Shown: positions 19,689 through 30,674 of the stretch, in pieces
Position numbering within the stretch: position 1 is the first letter of the stretch
Layout of the letters: each line of letters opens with the position of its first letter
DNA from: an uncultured Gemmatimonadales bacterium
GTDB lineage: Bacteria; Gemmatimonadota; Gemmatimonadetes; Gemmatimonadales; GWC2-71-9
DNA length: 64,000 nucleotides
Reading direction: 5' to 3'
NCBI GenBank assembly: GCA_963740175.1
Contig: CAVUDL010000012.1
Span: 26,434 to 90,433 of the forward strand
Program-made: the position numbers and the translations under genes
Notes under the pieces: model-generated
Seen by the model: the letters and a program-made list of their open reading frames with translations, nothing else
Database searches by the model: none
What the model was told of the DNA's origin: nothing

Positions 19689-20243
19689 CTAGATGGTGCC
19701 TCCGAGTGCCCGGAGCGCCTCATCTCCGTAGAAGAGCTTGATGTACTTGGCCTGGGTGACCGACAGACGGCGTACCGCCCAGGACAGATGCACGAAGTGC
19801 GGCTCACGCGGGGCACCCAACGGATGCATGCCGCACTCCTCAGGAAGATGATTCCCCTTGCGAGTGTTGCACGAGCTGCAGGCCGTCACCACGTTGCTCC
19901 ATTCGTTGTCGCCGCCGCGGGAAAGCGGGATCAGATGGTCCCGCGTGAGACATTCCCGGTGCCTGAGGTCGCCCTGACCCCGATGGCAGTACTGGCAGCG
20001 GTAACCGTCGCGAGCGAAGAGGAATGTATTGGTGACTTGACGGCGGAAGCGGCGGGGAACGTGAACGAACTTGACGAGGCGTATAATCGCCGGTTTGGGA
20101 AGCGTCAGCCGTTCGCTTCGAACGATGTCGCCCCCGTCCGATTCGACGATCTCGGCTTTGCCCTCGATGACCAGACGAAGGGCACGCCGGACCGGGACCA
20201 TGGTCAACGGCTCAAAGGAGGCGTTTAGCGCCAGACACCGCAA
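19689..20243 (-). CDS. Small HNH endonuclease
   Basis: CQYCHRGQGDLRHRECLTRDHLIPLSRGGDNEWSNVVTACSSCNTRKGNH (HNH/CxxC pairs). The in-frame TTG at 20243 gives the family-typical N-terminus MRCLALNASFEPL. Confidence 0.8.
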   Translation of the reverse strand: MRCLALNASFEPLTMVPVRRALRLVIEGKAEIVESDGGDIVRSERLTLPKPAIIRLVKFVHVPRRFRRQVTNTFLFARDGYRCQYCHRGQGDLRHRECLTRDHLIPLSRGGDNEWSNVVTACSSCNTRKGNHLPEECGMHPLGAPREPHFVHLSWAVRRLSVTQAKYIKLFYGDEALRALGGTI

Positions 20244-20486
20244 GGGACTTCTCCAAAGACGCGATGAACGCGGATGGCAACCCGAAGAATCGTAATGTGC
20301 GCCTCCGGCACTGCGCAAGTGAAGCGTGGTTACTATCTTGGCCTCTCTCGGCTTTCGGCTTGTAGCACCTATGACCGCCAGAGCTCACACCTTCAAGCTC
20401 AAGTTTCGGCCCTTTGGGCACGCATCTTTAAGGCCTGCGGTACGTTTCGATGATAAGCTGGCGTCGAGGTGAGCCGGAGCCCAGGG

Positions 20487-20930
20487 CTACTTCACCAGCT
20501 TCTGGATCCGGCTAGCGATCTCCTCCCGATGGCGCTGGCTCCGGGTAATCACCAACACAGTATCATCCCCGGCGATCGTGCCGATGATCTCGGACCAGCC
20601 TGCCTGATCCAGCGCCTCGGTCACCGCACCGGCCGATCCGCTGGCAGTCTTCAGAACCAGAAACGGCCCCACTCCGTCCAGGCTCACCAGCAGCGCGGGC
20701 AGGACCTGCCCCAGCTCGGGCCGCACCGCCGAGCGGTGCGGATGGGTGTAGTAGGCGCCTCCCTGGGGGTCCGCCAGCTTCGCCAGTCCCAGCTCGCGTA
20801 TGTCGCGCGAGAGCGTGGCCTGGGTGACCACAAACCCGTCATCGGCGAGTGCCTCGCGCAACTCGTCCTGGCTCTCGATTCGTCGCTCGCGCACGACGCG
20901 CAGAATGGCAGCATGCCGTTGGATTTTCAT
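20487..20930 (-). CDS. argR: Arginine repressor
   Basis: wHTH QDELREALADDGFVVTQATLSRDIRELGL and C-terminal GTIAGDDTVLVI. Its ATG overlaps the upstream stop (ATGA). Confidence 0.85.
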   Translation of the reverse strand: MKIQRHAAILRVVRERRIESQDELREALADDGFVVTQATLSRDIRELGLAKLADPQGGAYYTHPHRSAVRPELGQVLPALLVSLDGVGPFLVLKTASGSAGAVTEALDQAGWSEIIGTIAGDDTVLVITRSQRHREEIASRIQKLVK

Positions 20931-22169
20931 AGGGCTCGGTAGACGTCCCTTCCGGCCAGGCAGGTGAGCAACAGGTCCGCCGGCAGAGCTGGCGAGTACA
21001 TGCTCGGCCGGCTGCCGCCTCGGACCCGGAGCCGGCGGCTTGAGGACGACGCAGTCGGCCCACTTCCCTGTCCGGAGGCTGCCGGTCTCGGCCTCGAGCC
21101 CCAGGGCCCGGGCGCCTCCCAGGGTGCAGAGCTCGACCGCCTCGTCGGCCGTAGAGACAGCCAGGCCGGCCGCGGCACGCGCTTCCGCCAGCAGATCGAG
21201 CCGGCCGACGCTGACCTCTGAGTCGGTTCCCAGACCGACCCGAACGCCGGCCTGCAGCAGGGTAGAGAGCGGCGCCTCACCATGGCCGTGCGCCGCGTTG
21301 GACAGCGGGCAGTGCGCCACGGCGGCAGCATGCCGGCCAGCAGCTGGATGTCGGCCGGCTCGGCCTGCACCGCATGAATGCACAGCGTTCGCTCGGTGAG
21401 CGCCCCGTGCTCGGCCAGCCACTCGATCGGCGTTCGCCCCAGGGCTGGCGGCAGCGGAATTCCCCGCTCCCGCCACGCCTCGGCAAATGGACCGGACCCG
21501 CTCGCCAGGAGTTCGGTTTCCGCGGGCGACTCGGCGACGTGTACCGCCAGCGGCAGCCCCTCCGATGCTGGCCCACTGCGCCACCGCTTTCAGGAGCGGT
21601 CCGCTGACGGTGTAGGGGGCGTGGGGCGAGACGCCGATCCGAACCCGCTGGACCGCCCACCGCCCGGCCTGGATGACCCGGTCGCGCAGCGCCGCCAGAC
21701 TCTCCTGCGCCTGCGAAGGATGGGGCCCGAACACCTCCTGATACGCCACGCCGGATCCATCGGCCTCGGCCAGGGCCTGGATGGCGGACCCGGAGTCACC
21801 GGTATCGGCAATGGTGGTCACGCCGGCGGCGTAGCAGGCCTGGAGCCCCCGCCGCGCCGCTTCGACGTACTCGGCCGCGCTGCGGGTCGTTTTCAGCTCC
21901 CGGAGCTGCTTGATCCAGGCGGCGAAATCGCGCTCTTGGATCTGGTCCGCGAAGCCGGTGAGTTCCAGATGGGTATGCGTATTGATCAGGCCGGGCAGGA
22001 TGACCGCTTCACCAAAATCCTCGGCGGCGCATCCGGCAGGCCGTGGCACTCTCGAGTCGGGGCCCACGGCCTCGATCCGGCCGTCGGCTCCGATCAGCAG
22101 TGCGGCGCGCTCGATCGGAGCCCCCTCAACCGGAATCAGCCACCGGGCGGCCAGCCGGCGCGCCCGCAT
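20927..22169 (-). pseudogene. Amidohydrolase-family deaminase (chlorohydrolase/MtaD-like), frame broken at least 3 times
   Basis: ILPGLINTHTHLELT and SPHAPYTVS. Hand translation shows VAESPAETELLASGSGPFAEAWRERGIPLPPALGRTPIEWLAEHGALTERTLCIHAVQA in a different frame (about 21365-21545) from both flanks. The C-terminus ...DLLLTCLAGRDVYRAL is in a third frame. Confidence 0.75.
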
Positions 22170-22315
22170 GTCAGCGCGGCGAGTTGGGCGCCGGGCCCGT
22201 CCCTCCCATGACTCCCGTAGTGCCGCCGGTCGCGGGGGCACCCTGCGTACTCGGCTTGGGAGCAGGTGATCCCACGGCCGGAGCAGTGGGCGGCCCCGGC
22301 GTGGTGGGCTGCGGC

Positions 22316-24457
22316 TCAGGGGGACTCGCCGCCCATCACGCCGATGGACCCGAACGGCGAATGCACCGGGCAGAACGCCGTCGGCTCGGTCCCCGGAATG
22401 AACGACTCGATGTAATGCACGTCCTTGGGACAGAACGGCGTCGCCTTGTAGCCGGTGGTCTTGTCCACGTCCAGTGCGCTGAGCCCGGCCGGCCGGGACC
22501 AGCCCGCGCGGGACGCTCCTGCGCTCGTACACCTCGCTCATCATTGCACTCCATGCCGGTGCAACCAGCACGCCGCCCTGCGCGTTTGCCTTGATCTTGC
22601 GCGGCTGATCGAACCCGACCCAGAGTCCGGTCACCATGTCGGGCGTGAAGCCGATGAACCAGACATCAAAGCCGTCGTTGGTGGTGCCGGTCTTGCCGCC
22701 GGCAGGAAAGTTGATGCGGGCGCCAACCGAGCCCACCGCCGTACCATGACGGACCACGTCCCTCAGCGCGTCGGTCATCAGCCACGCATGCGAGGGTGTC
22801 CATCACCTCCACCGTTCGCACCGGCGGCTGCCACACGATCTTGCCGCCGCGGTCTTCGACCCGCAGCACCGCATTGGGAACGGTGCGGGTCCCCAGATTG
22901 GCGAACGTGGTATAGGCCGCGATCATCTCCAGCGGAATCACGTCGGCCGAGCCGATGTGAATCGACGGGAATGCCGGCACCCGGGTGGTGAGCCCGAACT
23001 TGGTGGCCTCGCTGATGACCGCCTGCTCTCCCAGCTCCATGCCCAGCTTGATGGCGATGATGTTGCGCGAGAGGTACAGCGCTCGCCGCAGCGTCATCGG
23101 CCCGTCGAACTCCAGATCGTAGTTCTGCGGCGCCCAGGGCGGCTCGGTAGGATCCAGCTCCACGCTGAGCGGGTCGTCCACCATCACATGCGAGAGCGGA
23201 TATCCTGCCTCGACCGCGGCGGCGTATACGATCGGCTTGAAGGTAGAGCCCGGGCTGCCGGAGCGCCTGCGTGGCCCGGTTGAACTTGCTGTCCTCGAAA
23301 TCGCGGCCGCCCACCATCGCCCGGATGTAGCCGGTCTTGGCCTCCAGCGTGACCGCCAGGCCCTGCAGGTACGGGGTCGTCGTCCGGCTGTTGTCCTCGC
23401 GTTGTCCGAGCGGGAGTCCATGTACTGCCGGTAGGTCTCGTGGGTGAACTTGCCATCGGCCCCGCTCTCGATGGCTTCCAGCCGCGCCTCCAGCGCGCGC
23501 TCGGCCGCCTGCTGAATATCGAGATCCAGGCTGGTGTAGATCCGGTAGCCCATGGTGTAGAGCTCCCGGCCGAATCGCGCCTCCAGCTGCTGCCGCACAT
23601 ACTCGACGAAGTACTCGGCCACGCCGCTGTAGTCCGAGTGGGAGGAGAGCAGCAGCGGATATGCCTTCCAGCGCTCGGTCTCGCTCGCCATTCAGCAGCC
23701 CGTTGTCCCGCAGCAGATTGAGCACGGTGTTGCGGCGCTGGATGTTGAGATTGGGATTTCGGCGAGGATTGTAGCGGGTGGGAGCCTTCGGGATGGCGGC
23801 GAGGGTGGCCGCTTCCGCGACGTTGAGATCCCGAACCGATTTCCCGAAGTACCGCTGGGACGCGGCCTCCACGCCGTAGGCGCCGTTTCCGAGCGGGATC
23901 TGGTTGAGGTAGATCTCGAGGATCTTGTCCTTGGGATACTTCTTCTCGATCTCGCGCGCCACCTTCGCTTCGCGGAGCTTGCGGCGGAGCGACTTGTCCG
24001 TTCCGCTGATGTCCTCGACCCAGATGTTCCGGGCCAGCTGCATCGTGATGGTCGAGAACCCTTCGGCGAACCGGAGCTGGAAGACGTTGGTCTTGATGGC
24101 GCCGAAGACCCGGAACCAGTCGATGCCGTGGTGGCTGTAGAACCGCTTGTCTTCGGTGGCGAGGAACGCGGTCTTCACGTACGGCGACATCTCGCCGAGC
24201 GGAATGACCGTGCGGCGCTCGAGGCCGAGATCGGTGATCAGCCGTCCGTCGGCGGCGTACACCTTGGAGGCCTGGTCGGGATCGTAGCCGCCCAGCTCCT
24301 CGATCGAGGGGCAGGTGTTGCCGGCGCAGGCGCGGCTCCACGCCGCCGCCAGCACGGCCAGGCCGAAAGCGACCACCGCGAGGAATCCGACCAGAATGTT
24401 GCGGCGCGCGCGGGGGGAGAGCCGCGAGGGCTTCAGGCGAGAGAGGCGGCGGCCCAT
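22316..24457 (-). pseudogene. mrcA: Penicillin-binding protein 1A (GT51 transglycosylase + transpeptidase), frame broken at least 5 times
   Basis: EDKRFYSHHGID, RKLREAKVAREIEKKY, GSTFKP (SxxK), YLSRN and KTGTTND are spread over ORFs 22778..24580, 22666..23691 and 20487..22778. I translated by hand a C-terminal tail ...DVDKTTGYKATPFCPKDVHYIESFIPGTEPTAFCPVHSPFGSIGVMGGESP* ending at 22316. Confidence 0.85.
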
Positions 24458-24563
24458 CCGGAAGGATCTTGGGCATTCGGAGGATCCAGCGGATCCTGTG
24501 GATGGGTCATGTGGCAAGCTAGCCAATTGCGAGGCTCTATTCCAGCGGGTACCATTGGCGGCT

Positions 24564-25821
24564 ATGACCGAACTGCTCAAAACTTTGACGGCCCGCGGCT
24601 TGCTCCAGGACGCGACCGCCGGGCTGGCCGAACGGCTGCAAAAGGGCCGGCTTACGGCCTATGTCGGCTTCGACCCGACCGCCGACTCGCTGCACGTCGG
24701 AAACCTCATCCCGGTGATGGGCGCGGCCTGGCTCCAGCGGTTCGGGCACACGCCGATCATCCTGATCGGCGGCGGCACCGGAATGGTCGGCGACCCCAGC
24801 GGCAAGCGCTCGGAGCGGCCGATCCTGCCGCTGGAGCAGATCGATCGGAACGCCGGCGCATCCGGGATCAGCTCGCCCGTTTCCTGTCGTTCGAGGCCGC
24901 GGCAAGCAATGCCGCGCGGATGCGGAACAACGCGGACTGGCTGCGCGATCTGCCGCTCATGGACTTCCTGCGCGAAGCCGGCCGGTACCTCACGCTGGGC
25001 TGCATGCTGCAGAAGGAGAGCGTGCGAAGCCGGCATGGAAAGCGGCATCAGTTACACCGAATTCAGCTACATGGTGATCCAGGCGTACGACTTCTGGCAC
25101 CTGTTCCGGACCGAGGGCTGCGAGCTGCAGATCGGCGGCAGCGACCAGTGGGGCAACATCACGGCGGGTATCGAGCTGATCGGCAAGCGCGAAGGGAAGC
25201 AGCGTACGGGCTGGTCTTTCCTCTCATCACCACGGCGTCGGGCGCCAAGTTCGGCAAGAGCGAGGCCGGCAACATCTGGCTCGACCCGGCGAAGACCAGC
25301 CCCTACCAGTTCTATCAGTTCTGGATCAACACCGACGATCGGGACGTCGAGCGCTACCTCAAGCTGTTCACCTTCCTCCCGCTGGATGAGATCGCCGCGC
25401 CCATGGCCGAGCATGCCCGCGATCCTGGCAAGCGGCTGGCGCAGCGGCTCCTGGCCGGAGACATCACGGTGCGGGTGCATGGGCGGCCGCGGCGGAGCAG
25501 GCGATGAAGACCAGCCAGGAGCTGTTCGGCGGCGGCTCGCCAGCGACAGCCTCACTGGCGTCGAGTCCGGAACGACGGATCTCCCGAGCGGCAGCTGCCG
25601 GGCTTGTCGGTGGTGGAGCTACTGGTGGCAAGCGGCCTCGCCACCTCGAAGGCTGACGCGCGGCGCGGGATTCAGGGCAAAGGCTTCTACCTCAACGACG
25701 AGCCGATCGAAACGTGGACCGGGAGCTCGATAGAGGCCGAGCTCCAGGGTCCGCCGGAAGGGCGCTTCGTGATGCTGCGGAAGGGAAAGAAGAACTACGT
25801 CCGGCTGGTGCTGGAGCCTAG
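24564..25821 (+). pseudogene. tyrS: Tyrosine--tRNA ligase, frame broken at least 5 times; 3' end uncertain
   Basis: MTELLKTLTARGLLQD..., class I HIGH-type motif DSLHVGNL, GGSDQWGNI, KFGKSEAGNIWLD (KMSKS-type loop) and S4 domain LVASGLATSKADARRGIQ alternate between three frames. Shifts lie near 24853, 25035, 25203, 25490 and 25580. Confidence 0.85.
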
Positions 25822-25859
25822 CGCACTGACTCACGAGCTGCTAGCGCGGCACGCTGATC

Positions 25860-27406
25860 CTACCACGCGTCGCCGCGTGGTGGTCGGCGCGGCGGCTTGG
25901 CACCGAGCAACCCGAACAAGACCCCGCATGACCTCTCGCACAACCGTTCTTCCGACCGGCGACGACACCGCGTCCCGCGCCATCTCCGCCATCGTCTTTT
26001 CCGGCTGCGGCCTGGCTACCCGGCCGCCATTTCGGTCCTGCTCGACCGGCTCGGGTGCCGTACGCGCCATCCTCGCGGCCAGCATCTCCCGCGCGCTCTC
26101 CCGGTCCAGCGGCTTCCCGTACTCCGCCAGCAGGCTGGACTGGCTGATGTCGGCCTGCAGCTCCTCGGGCGTCAGCGGCGCCATGCGCGAGGCCGGCGGG
26201 ATGAGCCGGGTGGCCACGACCGGGGTCGGCGCGCCGCGGCGTTGAGCACGGTCACCACCGCCTCGCCGATGCCGAGCGACGTGAGCGTCTCCTCGAGATC
26301 GTAGAAGGACGTCTTGGGAAAGGTGCGGACGGTGGCCTTGAGCGCCTTGTCGTCGTCCGGCGTGTGGGCGCGCAGCGCGTGCTGGATCCGGTTGCCCAGC
26401 TGGGCCAGCACGCCCTCCGGCACGTCCTTGGGGGTCTGGGTCACGAAGTAGACGCCGACGCCCTTCGACCGGATCAGCCGCACCACCTGCTCGATCTGGT
26501 CGAGGAACGCCTTGGGCGCGTCGTCGAAGAGCAGGTGCGCCTCGTCGAAGAAGAAGACCAGCTTCGGCTTCGGCAGGTCGCCCGCCTCGGGCAGGTTGTG
26601 GTACAGCTCGGCCAGCATCCACATCATGAAGGTCGAGAAGAGCAGCGGCTTGTCCGCGACGTCGGGCAGCTCGAGGCAGGTCACGACCCCGCGGCCGTCG
26701 GAGGTGAGCTGGAGCATGTCCTTCACGTCGAACTCGGGCTCGCCGAAGAACCGCTCGGCGCCCTGGGACTCGAGCTCCACCATCTTCCGCAGCAGCACGC
26801 CCACCGTAGGCCTCGGACATGCCGCCGTACTGGGCGAGGGCCGGCTTGCCATCGTCCGAGGAGAGGAACTGGAGCACCGCCCGGAGATCGGGGAAGTCGA
26901 GCAGCGGAAGCTGATTGTCGTCGGCGTACTTGAAGACCATCGTCAGGACGCTGGTCTGGGTGTCGTTCAGCGAGAGCACCTTGCCCAGCAGCAGCGGCCC
27001 GAACGAGCTGACCGTGGCACGGAGCTGCACCCCCAGCGCACCGGTGAGGCTGACGAACTCGACCGGCACGCCTGGCGGCCTTCCAGTCCCAGCCGATCTC
27101 GCCGGCGCGGCCTGTGACGCGGTCGCGGGCTCGCCCGGCACGGCGAGGCCGGAGAGGTCGCCCTTCATGTCGGCCACGAACACCGGCACGCCCTGAGCCG
27201 AGAGCTGTTCGGTGAGCAGCTGAAGCGTCTTGGTCTTGCCGGTGCCGGTGGCGCCGGCGACCAGCCCGTGGCGGTTCGCCATCGCGAGCGGAAGCCGAAT
27301 CTTGGGCTCCTGGTGGACCTGGGTTCCCTCGAGCGCTGCGCCGAGCACCAGCGACGGCTCCTCGGTAGCCGTAGCCGGCAGCCAGCATGTCGGTAAACGC
27401 GGTCAT
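25860..27406 (-). pseudogene. HerA-like helicase/ATPase (DUF853, YjgR-like), frame broken at least 4 times
   Basis: Walker A GATGTGKTK and Walker B-like KLVFFFDEAHLLF. Pieces lie in ORFs 25831..27348, 26172..26852 and 26723..28618 (the N-terminus MTAFTDMLAAGYGY). A one-base shift near 25905 restores a plausible C-terminus ending at TAG 25860. Confidence 0.75.
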
Positions 27407-28611
27407 GCCTGCTCCAGTATGTCGACCACCCGCTCCATCTCCTCCACCGTGTTGTACAGGTGCGGGCTGAGCCGGATGGCGCCCTCCCGCATGCTGCAGA
27501 TGACCCGAGCCGCCTTGAGCGCCGGAAGCGCTCCCCACATCCGCCGGCGCACGCAAAGGATGCCCGAGCCATTGCTCGCCCACCGGGGATACCACGCGCA
27601 CTCCCGCGCCGCGCCGCCCAGGCCAGCACCGGAGCATGCAGCGCCTGGAGGTGCTCGGCGATGCGCTGGATGCCGACTCGAGCAGCAGCCCGACCGATGC
27701 ATTCATCCCGGCAAAGTCCTGATACGGAAGGGTGATCAGCTCGAACCGCCGGGCGTCGCCCCGCAGGGTGTCGCGGTACTCGGTAAGCCGGGTGAAGTCG
27801 TCGGTGCCCTCGAACGCCATCCAGCCGGTGACCGACGGACTCAGCTCGCGGATCAGCTCCCGGCGGACGTACACGAAGCCGGAGCCCCAGGGCGAGAGCA
27901 GCCACTTCTGGCCGCCGCACGCCAGGACGTCGACCGGGGTTTTTCTGAGGTCGACCGGCAGCTGCCCCACGCCCTGGATGGCGTCCACGACGAGGTAGGT
28001 GCCGGCCGCCCGGGTGGCGGCGGAGAGCCGAGCGAGGTCGACCGTGTAGCCGTTGCTGAACTGCACCAGTGAGACCGCGAGTACCCGGACCCGCGGATCG
28101 CCGAGCCGCTCCAGCAGCCGGGCCTCGTCGGGCCACCCTTCGCGGTGGTGGGCGCCAGCTCGAGCGTGATGCCGCTGTCCTTGAGCAGCAGCCAGGGATA
28201 GACATTGGCCGGAAACTCCCGGTCGCTCGCGAGCACGATGTCGCCCGGCTGGAGCGGAAGCGCGCGGGCCGCGAGGCTCAGTCCGAATCCGGTGTTGATG
28301 GTGAGGGCGATCTCCTCCGGCGTCGCGCCGATCAGCTCGGCGGCCAGCCGGCGGGACTCGGCCATGGTGGCGAAGAGCTCGCGGTCGGGCAGCTGGAAGG
28401 GGGCGGCGCGCTTGCGGTTGAACTCGTCGAGCACCAGCCGGGTTCGCTCCGGCAGCGGGCCGACGCTGGCGTTGTTCAGGTAGGTGGTGTCGGCGGTCCA
28501 GGGGAACTCCGCGCGGCGGAGTCTCCGAGGTCGTACGGCGGTGAGCGGTGAGAAGTGAGAGGTGAGAGGGTACCCGCCTCCCCCCTCCCTTCTTCTGACC
28601 GCCCTTCTCAC
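27403..28611 (-). pseudogene. Class V aminotransferase-fold PLP enzyme (cysteine desulfurase/SufS-like), frame broken at least 3 times; start uncertain
   Basis: TTYLNNASVGPLP, PLP-lysine context ACGGQKWLLSPWGSGFVYVR and C-terminus IRLSPHLYNTVEEMERVVDILEQA. Its stop overlaps the next ATG (ATGA at 27403-27406). Confidence 0.7.
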
Positions 28612-28646
28612 TTCTCACCTCTCACCTCTCACTCACCTCTCACTTC
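28540..28646. repeat. Heptad-built palindromic intergenic element, copy 1
   Basis: The left arm is GGTGAGC GGTGAGA AGTGAGA GGTGAGA GGG. After a 31-nt loop, the right arm is CCC TTCTCAC TTCTCAC CTCTCAC CTCTCAC.... Hand pairing gives a stem of about 30 bp with 1 bulge and 2 mismatches. Confidence 0.85.
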
Positions 28647-29478
28647 GCAGCTTGGGATCGTACGCCTCGCGCAGCGCGTCGCCCACGAGGTTGAAGCCGA
28701 GCACGGCGGCCCCGATGGCGAGGCCGGGCGCGAACGAGATCCAGGGCGCCACGCGGAGCAGGTCCCGGCCGTCGGCCACCATCGCGCCCCAGCTGGGGGT
28801 GGGCGGCTGCGCGCCCAGGCCCACGAACGAGAGCGCGGCTTCGGCCATGATCGCGCCGGCGATGCCGAGCGTGGCGGCGATGATCACCTGGGTCCGCACG
28901 TTGGGCAGCAGGTGTCGCAGGAGGACCCGGCGGTCGCGCGCCCCGAGGGCCCGGGCGGCCAGCACGAACTCGGAGTGCCGGAGCACCAGCACCTGGCTCC
29001 GGACCAGCCGGGCCATGCCGGCCCAGCCGACCACCCCGATGACGACGAAGACGACCGGCAGCGAGGGCTTGACCGCGGCGGCCACCGCGATGAGCAGGAG
29101 GAGCGTGGGGAATGCGAGGGTGATGTCGGCCAGACGCATCACCAGGGCGTCGACCCAACGGCCGTAGTAGCCGGCCAGCAGGCCCAGGAGCACGCCAAGC
29201 GTCACCGAGACCGACTGGGAGATGATGCCGACCGAGAGCGAGAGGCGGGCCCCGTAGAGCACCCGGCTGAGGACGTCGCGGCCCTGGGTATCGGTCCCCA
29301 GCAGGAACCGCGAGCCCGGCTCGACCAGGTAGGCATTCCTGAGGTCCCCCGTGATCGGGTTGTGGGGGGCCAGCCAGGGCGCGAACACGGCCGCAAGCAC
29401 CACTACCGCGACGAAGAACAGGCCCAGCTGAAAGAACCGGTCGCGCCGCAGCCGCTCCCGCAGCACCCCCTCTGGCAT
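28633..29478 (-). CDS. ABC transporter permease, DppC/OppC type
   Basis: Intact 281 aa with six hydrophobic segments and EAA-loop AEAALSFVGLGAQPPTPSWG. Its last codons (KLRSER*) run into the repeat arm. Confidence 0.85.
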   Translation of the reverse strand: MPEGVLRERLRRDRFFQLGLFFVAVVVLAAVFAPWLAPHNPITGDLRNAYLVEPGSRFLLGTDTQGRDVLSRVLYGARLSLSVGIISQSVSVTLGVLLGLLAGYYGRWVDALVMRLADITLAFPTLLLLIAVAAAVKPSLPVVFVVIGVVGWAGMARLVRSQVLVLRHSEFVLAARALGARDRRVLLRHLLPNVRTQVIIAATLGIAGAIMAEAALSFVGLGAQPPTPSWGAMVADGRDLLRVAPWISFAPGLAIGAAVLGFNLVGDALREAYDPKLRSER

Positions 29479-29571
29479 CCTGTCCCGTGACGTGGGTTAC
29501 TCCGTCGGGGTGAGCCGGCACAACCCGTCGACATCCGCTCTCACCGCGCGGAGCGCACGATTCTTGCACTT

Positions 29572-30674
29572 TTGTTCCGGCGGAACGTCCACTGCAACCT
29601 TTGGCAGGGCCGCTTGATACCGGATAGCCCCTTTACCCTGGTCCTCAGCGGCGGCGGCTTGAAAGGGCTGGCCCACATCGGCGTGCTCCGGGCCCTGGAA
29701 GAGCGGGGCCTGGTGCCGAACCTGGTGGTGGGCTCCAGCATCGGATCGCTCATCGGCGCCGCCTGGGCCGCCGGGGTCCCGGCCAGAAGATGGAGGCGCG
29801 GGCCCGACTGGTCCGCCGCCGGGACGTCTTCCAGGTGGCCCGGGCGGACGTCGCGTTCCGCCGGCTGCTTGCCCCCGCCCTCTATCGCCGCGAACCGCTC
29901 GAAGCCCTCATCGCCAGCCTCGTCGGAGACGTCACCTTCGGCGATCTCCAGCGCCGGCTCCTCATCAATACCGTCGATCTTCACTCCGGCATGCAGGTCA
30001 TGTGGGGGCTCCCCGGTCTCCGCAACGCGCGGGTGGCCGACGCGGTGGCGGCCTCGTGTGCCCTGCCCGGCATCTTCCCGCCGCGGGAGATCGACGGCCG
30101 CGCGTACGTCGACGGCGCGGTCGTCGAGAACCTGCCGGTGCGCATGGCGGCCTCGCTGGGCCAGGGGCCGATCCTCGCGATCAACGTCGCCGCCACCAGC
30201 GTCCGCCGCTCGGCACTCGAGACTCAGGGCTTTGCGGCCACCTACATCCGGGGGCTCGAGATCGTGATGCAGACCCAGATCGAGACTCAGCTGCGGGACT
30301 GGAAGGGGCCGCCTCTGGTGCTGGTGCAGCCCAGGGTCGAGCACATCTCGATGTTCGCCTTCGACAAGACCGAGGAGCTGATCGAGGCCGGCTATCGCGC
30401 CACGGCGAACACGCTCGACCAGCTGGGCACCCAGCTCGGCGGCATCGCGCAAGGCATGCACCCGACTCGCCGGCTCCGGGTGCTGGTCGACGAGGATCGC
30501 TGCGTCGGCTGCGGCTCCTGCGTGGTTCAGGCCCCCCAGGTATTCCGGCTGGATGCCCGGGGCAAGGCCGAGGTGATGACCCCGGTCCAGAGCTGGTCTC
30601 CCATCGATGGCGCCTACGTCCTCAATTGTCCCACCTACGCGATCAGCGTGCGTCCGGAAGACTCTGCGGCCTGA
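29572..30674 (+). pseudogene. Patatin-like phospholipase fused to a C-terminal single-cluster 4Fe-4S ferredoxin domain; one frameshift near 29790
   Basis: Patatin oxyanion box SGGGLKG, nucleophile elbow GSSIGS and catalytic Asp in YVDGAVVENLP. The C-terminus reads VLVDEDRCVGCGSCVVQAP...NCPTYAISV (CxxCxxC...CP). The start is uncertain. Confidence 0.75.

Noticed and set aside
20244-20486. A roughly 240-nt lower-GC gap between argR and the HNH gene, considered as a possible structured RNA or HEARO-like element.
   Set aside because: I found only short 4-5 bp hairpins, no recognisable riboswitch or ncRNA consensus and no terminator. The HNH protein is a small stand-alone type, not IscB. This is most simply the HNH promoter/leader.
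2480-27026. Other TGGCAC hexamers (for example about 2480, 2762, 16322, 22044, 25095, 25898, 27015 and 57201) considered as extra sigma54 promoters.
   Set aside because: All lie inside coding regions and lack a TTGC/GC element at the required N5 spacing. The one at 27015 has its GC one nucleotide too close.
20927-28611. Interpreting the broken tyrS, PBP1A, amidohydrolase, HerA-like and aminotransferase genes as a genuinely decaying (pseudogenised) island.
   Set aside because: Essential single-copy genes are affected, and each correct-frame segment is still motif-perfect with no stop codons. Operon junction overlaps are intact. Indel error is the simpler explanation. The genes are reported as frame-broken as the sequence stands.
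28540-28646. Whether the short tandem GTGAG repeats (here and at 39.7, 41.2 and 44.8 kb) are CRISPR arrays.
   Set aside because: The units are only 7-8 nt and directly abutting, with no spacers. The second half is the reverse complement of the first, forming a hairpin. There are no cas genes in the window.
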